A stretch of DNA of 63,141 nt, counting the filler, from Reticulomyxa filosa (taxonomy: Eukaryota; Protista; Foraminifera): assembly GCA_000512085.1 (NCBI GenBank). It is 20 parts of 20 records of this genome, joined end to end, with 100 filler letters (N's around TTAATTAATTAA, not from the genome) between each part and the next. Parts side by side here need not be neighbours in the genome. Positions count along the whole stretch, not along the records: positions 6,013 to 13,380 come from ASPP01006193.1; positions 13,481 to 19,654 come from ASPP01003787.1; positions 19,755 to 22,285 come from ASPP01006184.1; positions 22,386 to 23,440 come from ASPP01050758.1; 16 more parts are not named here. The stretch is one strand, 5' to 3'. The translations under genes and the position numbers were made by a program. Below the pieces are notes generated by a model. It saw only the letters and a list, made by a program, of their open reading frames with translations, made no database searches and was not told where the DNA came from. Below are positions 11,568-23,183 of this stretch, one piece after another; the stretch's first letter is position 1, and each line of letters starts with the position of its first letter.

Positions 11568-13380
11568 TTAAAAAATTCCACCATAACGTTCCACAACCGA
11601 CATTTGTAACAAAGTTAAACCTTTTGCATCTTTCCAGATGCTGTCCTTTAATGACAAACCACAACTCTGAACACCACCTTGCCAAATGCATTGAAACAAA
11701 CATGTATTTTTATTTTGGAAATCTGATATATTAGTGGATAAATTATTCTCATATAAATTATCTTGCAAATCTGTTATACAAGGGAATGACAATTTCCACA
11801 CTCGAATTGTGTTACTATATGAACATGAAACAATTCTGGAACCATCAGGTGAAAATCGAGCAGTTGTTAATGGATATTCTTTAAATGATTGAATTAATTT
11901 ACCAGATGATACATCCCATACTTGAATAATATCTCCTAATATACATGATATCATTATGGAGCCATTAGGTGAGAAGTCAATAGAAAGTGCACAGCCCATT
12001 TCTATGACTTGAAGTTGTTTACCAGATGCTAGATCCCATATACGAAGAGTTCCATCATTTGCACCTGATGCGATCTTGGAACCGTCAGGTAAGAATCGAA
12101 CACAATAAATATTAGATGAATGACCTTCAAAATATTGAATTTGTTTACCAGATAATACATCCCATAATCGAATAGTTTTATCATATGAACTTGATGCAAT
12201 TTTGGAGCCATCTGGTGAGAATTGAACACAAGAAACATTAGATTTATGTCCTCTCAAAATTTGAACCTGTTTACCAGATGACGCATCCCATAATCTAATG
12301 CTATAATCGTCTGATCCTGATACAATTAGAGAACCATCAGGAGAGAATTGAACAGAAGTAATAGCAGATACATGACCTTTAAAAATTTGAATTTGTTTAC
12401 CAGATAATACATCCCATATTCGAATAGTATTATCAGCTGAACCTGAAACAATTTTTGAATTATCGAATGAAAAATTGACAGAAAGAATTGGATCTGAATG
12501 TCCTTCAAGAGATTGAATTTGTCTGCCAGATATTGCGTCCCATAATTTAATGGTATTATCATCTGAACCTGAAACAATTTTGGAACCATTAGATGAAAAT
12601 TCAACAGATCTAACACTTGAAATGTGTCCTTCAGATGATTGAAAATGATTAGTAGATGATACATCCCATAATTGAATGATATTATCATCCGAAACCGAAA
12701 TAAGTTTAGAACCATCAGGTGAAAATTGAACAAAAGTAAATGGATAAGCTCCTCTAGTTAAAGATTGAAGTTGTTTACCAGAAGATGCATCCCATAATCG
12801 AATAGTTGTATCAATAGAACTTGATACAATTCTGAAACCATCAGATGAAAATTGAACAAATGTAATACCAGATGAATGTCCTTTTAATAATTGAAGTAAT
12901 TCACCTGATGATGCATCCCATAATCTAATAGTACTATCATATGAACCTGAAACAATTCTGGAGCTATCATATGAAAATTGAACAGAAGTAATTCTTTCTA
13001 AATGTCCTTCTAAAGATAAAAGTTGTTTACCAGATAATATATCCCATATTCTAACAGTTTTATCATATGAACCTGATACAATTTTATGACCATCAGGTGA
13101 GAATCGAACAAAAGTAATTCTATCTAAATGTCCTTCCAAAGATTTAATTTGTTTACCAGATAATACATCCCATAATCGAATAGTTTTATCATTTGAGCTT
13201 GAAATAATTTTAGAATCATCAGGTGAAAATTGAATAGAAGTAATCCAATTTGTATGTCCTTCTAAAGATAAAAGTTGTATACCAGATAATATATCCCATA
13301 TTCGAATAGTTTTATCGTAAGAACTTGAAACAAGTCTAGAACCATTATGTGAAAATTGAACTGAAGTAACAATTGATGAA
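11568..13380 (-). CDS. WD40-repeat protein with about 12 highly similar 42-aa repeats; 5'-partial
   Basis: Repeated GH..I.SVQFSPDGSKIVSGS.D.TIRLWD..SGKQ. The open frame runs to the contig edge at 13380. The C-terminal tail is GLSLKDSIWKDAKGLTLLQMSVVERYGGIF. Confidence 0.95.
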
Positions 13381-13480
13381 NNNNNNNNNNNNNNNNNNNN
13401 NNNNNNNNNNNNNNNNNNNNNNNNTTAATTAATTAANNNNNNNNNNNNNNNNNNNNNNNNNNNNNNNNNNNNNNNNNNNN

Positions 13481-14566
13481 CACTCAAAAACGAATACAAA
13501 TTTATCTGTGAGTATCCAAGTCATATTGAATTATATGGACACTGTGTAGTGAAATTGGTAGATAACGACAGCAAATACAGCAATCAAATTACTTTGTTGT
13601 CTTTTGGATCTGATTTGGAAGGAAAAAATAAACATACATTGTTGATGAAATATGTAAGTGTTTGGAGTAATATATCAAACAAATCAAATAAACTAAACAG
13701 TTACAATCAGTGGATTCCTTTCACAGACAATCACAATCATCCGATTATCATTGGAATAGAAAGAGATCAAGATAATTATATTGGAGTGCGTGCATTGACT
13801 GGTGGAAGCAAAAATCATTTGTTATTTATCATTTGTCTTGGTAATAATATTAGTGTGTTTGATTTAAATGCATTTCAATTTATTAAACATAATTTTTTAC
13901 CAGCTGGTGGTTATTATATTGAATATCCTTGCTTTGTATCAAACTTAGAAAATGGGCAAGAACAAGAAATGATAAAAACAAATAAACAAAATTGTCAAAT
14001 GTTATTTTTTTGTAGAAAGGCAGGATCGTTAATTGAATATGATGAAGATAAAAACATTTTTCGATTTTATCAACTACCTGTTTGTGATGATATTGCACTA
14101 TTCAATGCATATGCATATGTGTGTATCAATGATGTCATTTTGTTCTTTGGTGGATCAAATTACCCTGATATTTCAAGATCAGTGTACAAGTATTCAATAC
14201 GAGAAAAAAAATGGGTGACATTTGAAAACATTTTACCCAATCTATTATATGATTGTGTTGCAATATTGAGTGAAGAAGACAATGATATATACATCATTGG
14301 AGGATTAGATAATAAAAAGAAAGCAGCATCAACTCACATGAAGACTAGATTACGTGTATGGGATCCTTCACAGTTGGTAATAATTTGCTTATGTATGTAT
14401 TTTAATAAAATCCATGTAAATTTTATTGAGTGACAAATAATAAATAATAAATATTGGACAGTCAAAAAATGAAATAAAATATATTATTCAACATTGGATT
14501 CGAATTTTAAAGATAAAATTAGGATGGATCGATGATTTTGATAAAATTATTATGAAATATAAATGA
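13481..14566 (+). CDS. Kelch-like beta-propeller protein (expanded family), 5'-partial; last exon 14462-14566 encodes the HWIR/LGW module
   Basis: Kelch-type GG motifs (ILFFGG, IYIIGG; SVYKYSIREKKW). Phase-0 intron 14377-14461 follows WDPSQL. The last exon reads SKNEIKYIIQHWIRILKIKLGWIDDFDKIIMKYK*. Paralog at 51268-52519. Confidence 0.85.
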
Positions 14567-15471
14567 AACAGATTTTGAAGAAGCAAAATTAAAATATTTG
14601 GTTAACCATGCTTTAGATATGATTTTGATTTTGATTTTATTTCATAATCATGAAATTTGGCAATTTTTTCGTATTATTTTCAAAATATATATAAAAAAGG
14701 TTAACAATTAAACAAATAATAAATTATCAGCCTTTACTTTATCTTTTGAGTTTTTCATTGCTTGCTGACAAGTTAAAAAAAGTCTTCAAATTCATATCCA
14801 CCCCCTTTTTCAGTTTGTAAGGTTAAAAAACGTTATCTTTTTTGGTGTAATTTTGTATTTTGGTTTTGCAATCCGAAAGAAAAAAAAGATGACTAGCATT
14901 TGGCCTAGTTCAACTTCGCAACAGCAAAAATAACAAGAAGTAATGAAAAAAACAAGAGATAGAAATACAAGTGTTATTAGAGCAAGTGGGTGATTGTTTC
15001 ATAGTGATTCGAAGAGTAACACACTTGAAAATGGCAGCAACGAATAGATACTAAAAGTTTGGAAATGTCAAATTTCACAATGGCACAATCGGTCAATCTT
15101 TTACAAATTAGTTTGAAAGATTGTCAAAATAAAAAAAAGAGGCTATACAATTAGCTCAAGCAAATTAACAAGTCTTGATTTAAAATTGAATCCGTTGGCA
15201 AAAAATTTAGACGAAATTGAAGAAATTAAAAAAAGAGTTGCTCCAATTCGTAATAATTTAATTCGATTGTAAAGAATGAATCAGTTGCATTAAATCCAGG
15301 ACCAAATTAAATTTCTACAAAAATAGGATTCATTTTTTTTATAGATTTTTATTGGAGTATTTTCAAAGAACATTACAAAATTTATTAATTTTTTTTCAGA
15401 TCCAATTTTTTCTCTTTCAATAAATTAAAAATAAAATATTACTCCATTTTTTTTTCTCACTCTTTTTCTTT

Positions 15472-15812
15472 TCATGAAAGATCATGTTGTTTTCCTAAAT
15501 TGCTACATAATGAAAATAACCACATTACATCCACATCCTCATCTGTAAAACCATTCATCATTATCATTGCTCTTTGAACTATTGCTGCTATATGTATTGG
15601 CTCTGCTGGTTTAGATTTATGTTCTGCACTATGTTTACCACAATCCCATCTCCAATTTTTAAATGGTCTGGAATGTCCATTTATACAACGTATATCTGCT
15701 TTTTCATTTATTTGTAATTGTTTTCCATCTTCTGTATGATACCAATATGAGTTTATACCATTTCCTTTGTCACACGCAGGCATTGAATTTTCAGCTTCTT
15801 CCAAGTTGTCAT
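15472..15812 (-). CDS. Small Cys/His-rich putative Zn-binding protein with a 1-nt frameshift near 15779
   Basis: ATG at 15812 gives MTTWKKLKIQC. Restoring one C (TGCCT to TGCCCT) joins it to PACDKGNGINSYWYH...INEKADIRCINGH...WRWDCGKH, giving a CPAC..WYH..RC..WRWDCxxH pattern. Confidence 0.55.
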
Positions 15813-17310
15813 CTTTTTTTTTTTTAGTGTGTTACAGTTTTATGTTGAAGCTCAGTTTATTACAAAAGATACAAATCAATTTTACTTTATTTTCTTTGCA
15901 ATTCTCAACTCTTCACAACTACAATAAAGCAAATAAACAAACAAAAAAAGGTGCTTCATAAAATTTTTGATATTAGTTTTTATGAAATATGTCTTTACAA
16001 TATTAATCAGAAAAATTGGAAGTGAAAAAGGTTTATTAATTTGATAATTTGTACAAAATGAAATACGGAAAAAATATTGCTTTCAATAGAAGACAAGTCA
16101 ATTAAATCAAAAAACAAATAACAACAAAAAGATGAGAAAACGAGAATTGTTGTTTTTTTAAAGAAAAATTTGAAAAAAAGGATAAATTTACAATTTTGTG
16201 TAATAATAATGATAATATTTGAAAGAAGAAAATGAGTTTGTTTATTGCGACAACACTGTATTGTTTTTATTGAGATGCAGAGGGATTTTCCAATACCGAA
16301 CCACCAACACAAAATATGGCTTGTGTCAACAGAGTATAAAAAAGAAACAAAGAATATGCACTCATTTTTATTACCACTGTTATCATTTCAAAATTCTAAA
16401 TATAATTTCCATCATCTTTATTGATCAAATGTAATTGTTTATTGAATTGAATATGTTGTTTTAAATGGATTTTGTACTTTATTGTCAAAATTGAATTGTT
16501 GTTATACACCAGAATGTATTTCATAATAACAACTTCTTTTGTTTTTTGCTTAAGATCGTTTTTGAAGATATAAAATGGAAGCTGATCGAATCTTTTTTCC
16601 ATCAAGAGCAACGAAAGGGATTGTCAAAATATTTTGGCAATATAAAAAATGGAGTTTAGCAACACATGTGATTTTCTTTTCAGTGAAGAAATAAATTTTT
16701 TTAAAAAGAATTTATCCAAACATTAAAACTGCGTAAATCATCAAATGCCATGTAATTGCATAAATTACATAAACTGTACCTTTTCATCAATTAATTTGAA
16801 ATAGTTTAATAAATTTGTACAGTCCTTCTGTTTTTGATTTAATAAAACTTGGAAGAAAAAGGAATTTTTTGTTTTGTAATAAAAGGCAACTTGCTTGCAT
16901 TAAGTATAATCCATTGCTTGTTTTATTCAAAGCAATACGATTTTTCAAATATATTATTGAGGCACTTTTGAGAGATTGGATGAACAATGCAACATTGTGA
17001 TAAATCATTACCACCTTTTTCTTGCATTATTTGCAAAAAAAGTAATTTTGAAGACAGCTCTTGTTATAAAAAAAATTTTTAAAACCAATGAAAAAACTTG
17101 AACAAAAAATGACTCTAAATTCAATAATCCAGTCTGGAAATTAATGAGAATTGTTTGAAATGAGTTTTCAAAGAAAATAACAACATTCAAATTATCCATT
17201 TCCTATCATTTTGAGTAAACTAGAATTAAAACAAAAAATTCTTGCCGATTCCAAAAGTTTATTTTATTTGACAGAGAATAAATTTATTTCAATTTTTTAT
17301 TGACACTTCA

Positions 17311-17709
17311 TGAGCTTAAAAAAAAAGTTGAAGAGCATCTTTTTCGTCATCTTTGCATCATCAAAGAGCATCTCAAGGAAAAGAAAAGGAGATACGTGAA
17401 CAAATTCAAGTGTTCAATGGACATCATGACTGGGTGCATGCTGTTGAATATTCACCATTTGTGATAAAGGATAGTACTGGTAGTTCAAATGTGATATGTT
17501 CTGGATCAGATGATAATACAATTCGATTTTGGGATATTCGATCAAATAAGGATCAATTGTATGTCATTGAAGGAGATGAGAACGAAGATGATGGAATATT
17601 CTGTCTTAAATTTATTGTATTGAAAAAGAAGGATCAAACTAAGAATGTTACACATGATTTGAATTTGCGTTATGGTTCATACAACGGTCTCATTCGTATT
17701 TGGGGATAA
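17311..17709 (+). pseudogene. Internally deleted WD40-family copy: 5' flank fused to the last repeat and C-terminus
   Basis: QIQVFNGH..VHAVEYSPFV...NVICSGSDDNTIRFWDIRSNK...YGSYNGLIRIWG* is collinear with the end of the 54361-55693 gene. The upstream sequence 17315-17380 matches that gene's 5' flank (55725-55790, reverse complement). Confidence 0.8.
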
Positions 17710-19104
17710 TTATTTTTTGTCGAATAAGAAATAAAAGTATTTTTTGTTTGAAAAGTTTGATAAAAAGAAAAGAAAGGTTATATTAAACTTGTTTAATTTG
17801 ATTGAATGTAAGCATTTAAAGATGTCTTCTATCTTACTTTGTTATTTAAAAAATTTAAAAAGTTACACGAAATGTTTTTTAAAAATTCAAAGACATTACA
17901 AATGAAAATGGTATCCAAATCGCAAGATATTTTAGGTATTGCGTTTTCTTCATTGCAAATCACTACTAATTTTTTTTGTATAGTATCAAACACTCAAAAC
18001 AGCATGTAAAATAACAAAAACATTATCTTAAACAATAATTTAAGAAACAACAAGTTTAATTTGGTGAGCAATTGATGGTCCTTGCTATAACTACATTTAA
18101 TACAATGATGAAGGTGTATAAAAAGAAGAGATTTCAGATAAGTATTACATTATCTTCATTTAATGATTGCTGTTTGAAGAACAAATGAGATAAAAACATT
18201 AAACTATTCACAGAAATAAGAAATATTTATCCCAATAGATAAAATAATATGTACAAAGGTTAATCAGGTTTTTTAAAAGCAAACAAAGTGCATTAAATTA
18301 AGTTCCAAAATTAGATTTGAGCAATAATATTAATTGAAAATAAAGATTTTGAAAAAATATTTTCTAAAAATCTGTTTACATTCATTCCTTATGTTTTTGG
18401 CAACAAGATATTTTTAATGAAGAAAAAAATAATAAATCAAACAAGCATTTTTGACTTAATTAATTGTTCAATTTCAGTAAGTTGATCATCCTAGCTAATG
18501 AGGTATTTAAATGCTCATTCATGTCTTTTATTTTCCCGCTAAAATTACATATTATAGCCATGATCTATATGTCCGTTTTTCTTCACTTCTTCCAATTGTT
18601 TCAAATCTTAACGAAATTGTCTTTGACATATGATATTCAGTTCATTAATTTGTTTTTGAGTTGTTTTTACTTTAATACGTGGAATTGTAACACTCAATTT
18701 CTGTCAAAGTATTGCTAGCCAAAAAAAAATAGAGTTACTCCAGTTTCAACAGTCCTTGTTTTTTATTCCAGTATTTGGCCTCAACTTTACTCATGTTCAC
18801 CTTCTTTACTCTCGACTTGTCAAATTTTTATGAATGGTATATCCTTTATTTTCGCCAACTTGCTCGCAGGATCACATTTTTTTATTACACAAAAATTTTT
18901 TTCTGTACAAGACAAGGTTTCGTGATGTATGATGAAATTTTACCAACAACTGTGCAGTCACATATTTTTTTAAATAATAATTTTTTTGAATATTATTGAT
19001 CTATTGAATGCAGTTGACGAAATTGAAAAACAAAGTGAATAAGATAAAAATTTCATTTAAAAGGATCACAAAAAATTTACATTTTTTATATGTATAAATC
19101 TTAA

Positions 19105-19654
19105 TCATCCCCAAATTCGAATATTACAATCTGTAGAACCTGATGCAATTATATTTCCATTTGGAGAAATGTCCACGCATCTCACACAATTAGAATGTCC
19201 TTTCAACATTTGTATTTCCTTTCCTGACTCTACATCCCACAATCGAATTGTATTATCACTTGAACACGATACAATTGTTTGGCCATCTGGAAAATATTTT
19301 GCATCATATACTTGATTTGTATGTCCTTCAAATATTTTCCATTCTCTTCCCGTTTCAATACTCCATATTCGAATTGTATTATCCAATGAACAGGATACAA
19401 TAAACTTACCATCTGGAGAAAATTTTGCACGTGTTACATAATCAGAATGTCCTTCAAATTGTTTTAATATTTTACCTGATTCTACATTCCACAAATTAAT
19501 TGTTTTATCATTTGATGATGATACAATCATTTTACCATCTGATGAAAATTGTGTGCTTATTATGTCTTTTGAATGTCCTAATAATAATTTCATTTCTATT
19601 CCAGAATGTACATCCCATAATTGTATTATACAATCTCGTGAGCATGATGCAATA
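19105..19654 (-). CDS. WD40-repeat protein, C-terminal part (G-beta-like repeats)
   Basis: Four to five GH...FSPDG..IVSCS.D.TIR.W repeats ending in CNIRIWG*. Open to the contig edge. Confidence 0.9.
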
Positions 19655-19754
19655 NNNNNNNNNNNNNNNNNNNNNNNNNNNNNNNNNNNNNNNNNNNNTT
19701 AATTAATTAANNNNNNNNNNNNNNNNNNNNNNNNNNNNNNNNNNNNNNNNNNNN

Positions 19755-19794
<40 letters not shown>

Positions 19795-20280
19795 GCTTAT
19801 GTTATTATCGCTTTGGTAATTTGGTGGTTTTAGTGCGATACCTTCCACGTCGATGGTGTATTCTTCACTGATTGGCACATTGGCCAAAGGGGACAATATC
19901 TTGCTCGTCTTGCCATTTGAGCTCATTACTGTTGCTTTGCTTTTGTCCTCTTTCTTCCCTTGCTGCTCTTGCAAGGGAGACAATGTTGCTTGTGCTTGTC
20001 CAAAACCATTCGAGCTACCCAGTCGAGCTTCCAATTTTCGTGCGTAAATTTCACTCGCCACTTTCAACGACAATCCCAATATTATCAACAAATTGAAAGT
20101 AAAATAAAACCAACATGGACGAATTGTCTTTTCAATATTCAACAAATGCAGCTGTTCTTTACTATACGTGATGTTCATAGTGACACCTGCAAACAAATTA
20201 TTGCCGACAATTTGAACGCAGATAAAAAGGTCTCTTTTATTTTATGGTCTTGCACAAATCAAAACACCTGACCAATCCAT
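19755..20280 (-). CDS. Hypothetical membrane protein, 5' part
   Basis: ATG at 20280 (MDWSG) and a short GT-AG intron join to VTMNITYS..., followed by the hydrophobic segment WFYFTFNLLIILGLSL and a poly-Asn tract at the contig edge. Confidence 0.4.
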
Positions 20281-20432
20281 ATTAATTTTTCGGAAGGTTG
20301 CACATTAATTTGGTCTGAATTACTTGTCTGTCCTTCCAAAACAAAACGAAAATCAAAAAATTCTTAATGTGTAAGGCAAGAGACGAAAACCTTTTTCCCC
20401 CCTTTTTCTGTCCCATCGATTAAAAGGAGAAC

Positions 20433-21406
20433 ATGATGTTATTTTTATTTACATTATCATTATTCTTGTCACAACAAGTTGACGCAAAAAAGAATATTCC
20501 GCTTGATTTTGCTGGGAATGTTGAATCGAAGTCATTGTTCTGTAACACTTGCCACGTGGTGACATACGAGCTATTGAAATACCTCAATAACACGAAAGAA
20601 GACTTTTTATTTCAATTTGGATTTCGATTGGATTCAACCGTGTTTAGAAACTTTACTTTTTCATATTGGCAAGCACGCCTTTTTTTTTGTTAATAAAATA
20701 AATAATAAACAAAAAACAAAGGGCAAGAAAATTCGCAAAAATTCGGATATATTGAAAGCAATAGAAAAGTTGGGGGATATTTGTAGTGACTGGACAAGTT
20801 AAGTTTCTTCCAATGGACACCTATGAATGTATGTGTACGTAATGTTAAGAAATGATCAATATAAAAAGAGATTGAAAAAAATCTATATATATGATTTGAC
20901 GATCAGAAAACTACCGAGTAGCGAGACGCAAGTCGAGCAACTACTTGTATCTTGTGTCAACGAAAGAGAAAGCCTCATTGGAGAAAATGGTTAACGAAAT
21001 GTTGATAACGTACAGACCCAATTTTGTCCGTTCAGATTCTAAAGTGCACAAGTCGTCACAAAAGATGTGTGATGTGCTCAGTGAACGTTTGGAACAGAGT
21101 TTGGAAAAGGGCAAACAAAATGCGGTGGATGAAACCAAAACCACACTTTACAATTATTGCACACAAGAGTATCCTTTGGACTGTCAGGAAGCCATGTTCA
21201 ACACAACTATTGAGTGGAGAAGCGTAAACATCAACAACAAAGAGATAGATCAAGATAAAGCCAGCAGCAAAGAAAAAGAGGACTTTGTCTATGATCCAAA
21301 ATTTTTTGGTGGTGTCTTTTGCATAGTTTTGGGTTTTGTGTTGATGGTCAGGCAATGGATTCAAATATACAAACCTATACGTCCTGATGTGGTAAAAGTT
21401 GATTGA
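20433..21406 (+). CDS. Canopy-like saposin-B (DUF3456-type) protein with a C-terminal TM anchor; 3 exons
   Basis: Signal peptide; CNTC; FQFGFRLDST|GKK (Canopy GFRxDxxG); IEKLGDIC; KMCDVL; YC......C, giving six saposin Cys. TM segment FFGGVFCIVLGFVLMV; ends in VKVD. Confidence 0.7.
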
Positions 21407-22248
21407 TGTCGAAAATTTTCTGGAAATTTCCATTTTTTTTTTTTTTTATTTGTTTGAGATACTTGCTCATGCAGTAACCCAAAAGTGAAACATTGCGTTA
21501 ATCCTTTACTTCTAATCTTTTCATGCATTAATTTCATAGTTTAATGTATTTTCGTTACCCGCTTTTTTGCCATAAAAGAACTGTTGGATATGCACTCAAA
21601 ATTTCAGTTACAATTTGTGCTTTTTTTTTGCCAGTGCGACGTTCGCCAACTATGGATTATTTATTTTTACGAAAATTGCGAACGATTCACTGGAAGTAAC
21701 TTATTTCAACAATTCCACAAAAAGAAAACAGTAAAGTGATGTCAATTTGTTGCTCAAAACAGACTGACTTGCTTCAGCGCATACTGTTGTTTGTGTTAAA
21801 CCTTCCTTTGGAATAAAGGAGAGGCCCTTTTTAATGGGGAGGAAAAAAAAGCATCAATAATGTATTTGCTTGCTCTTTTATTAGCAGTTTTCCTGTGTAC
21901 ACCAACCTTGAGTGTGGATGAGGAGGCTCAGCATAAGCTCATCGACTTGATAAAGCGGTCAGCACAAACTCCTAAAATGAGTTTCAAAGAAAATGACTTT
22001 GAGGTGCTTTTGACAATTTGACCAAACTGTACAAACATAACGACAAAGATGTAGTGTTTTTTTTTTGTTGTTGTTGGCTTGTTTTCATTACGATTTCGAT
22101 TACATACTGAAAAAAACAAACAAATCGAATATATTCACGATCTAGCACTTTGTAATCAAAGGTCCTCGTCCTTACTGGATACTCGCAATCCTGACGGCCC
22201 GAAAATCAAATAGCTGTCACCCTTGCGTGTAAGCGAATCGGAACAAAA

Positions 22249-22285
<37 letters not shown>

Positions 22286-22401
22286 NNNNNNNNNNNNNNN
22301 NNNNNNNNNNNNNNNNNNNNNNNNNNNNNTTAATTAATTAANNNNNNNNNNNNNNNNNNNNNNNNNNNNNNNNNNNNNNNNNNNNAAAAAAAAAAAAAAC
22401 C

Positions 22402-22432
<31 letters not shown>

Positions 22433-22523
22433 GTTATTGTATTGATGTCTATGAGAAGAAGGGGGGGGGGGAAATTTTTGTGGCTACCCTTATTTTGATT
22501 ATGATTACAAATTGTAATTGTAA

Positions 22524-23183
22524 TTGCAATTGCTTGTACAAATAGGTTTGAGTGGATGGCAAGCCTCATCACTGTCGGGGAGCACAGCAGGTGTAATAAA
22601 TGCAGTAATGATGAACCCGGTGGCGGCGCTGAAGTACACGCGATGGAATGACCGAAGGAGTAAATCGCTGATCAAAGAGATAAAGTCAATGTACAACGAA
22701 GGAGGGATCCAACAGTTCCGCAAGGGGATGTTTGCGACAATGATGAGAGACGTGATTTTCGGATCGGTATTTGCGACAATGCGACACCACCAAAGAGACA
22801 AGCACAAATTGCATCCGCAAGATTATGACAAAGAAAAAGAAAAAGATACCACCGAAAATTGGTTTGAAAAAAATAGACGCGTTTGGATCGACATGAACAG
22901 TGCGTTCGTGGCGACTATGCTGTCGTCGCCGTACAATTACATTCGCAATATGCAATACGCTGTTCCAAGGGACCACGACGGCAGACTACCCACTTCGCTC
23001 ACCATTTTCAAAAACTTTTTCTTTGAAGGGCTCAAACAACAGGGTCGTCTTGCCCCTGTTCGCTATTGGATCTTTCAACTGCGAATCGGCTGGGGCACGG
23101 CCAGAGTCGCTGTAGGCATGGCCCTAACTAGCTTGTGTTGGGAAGTCACTACTCAACTTTTTCACATTGATGATAGTCAATAA
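22524..23183 (+). CDS. Divergent mitochondrial carrier (SLC25) family protein, 3' part
   Basis: Degenerate carrier signatures NPVAALKY and SPYNYIRN; EGGIQQFRKGMFATMMRDVIFG; GWGTARVAVGMAL. Confidence 0.75.
   Translation: MQLLVQIGLSGWQASSLSGSTAGVINAVMMNPVAALKYTRWNDRRSKSLIKEIKSMYNEGGIQQFRKGMFATMMRDVIFGSVFATMRHHQRDKHKLHPQDYDKEKEKDTTENWFEKNRRVWIDMNSAFVATMLSSPYNYIRNMQYAVPRDHDGRLPTSLTIFKNFFFEGLKQQGRLAPVRYWIFQLRIGWGTARVAVGMALTSLCWEVTTQLFHIDDSQ

Noticed and set aside
14880-18720. Coding-like remnants between the Kelch and WD40 loci (e.g. 14890-15270, and CKQVA near 16890 minus)
   Set aside because: Too degraded to assign a family by eye.
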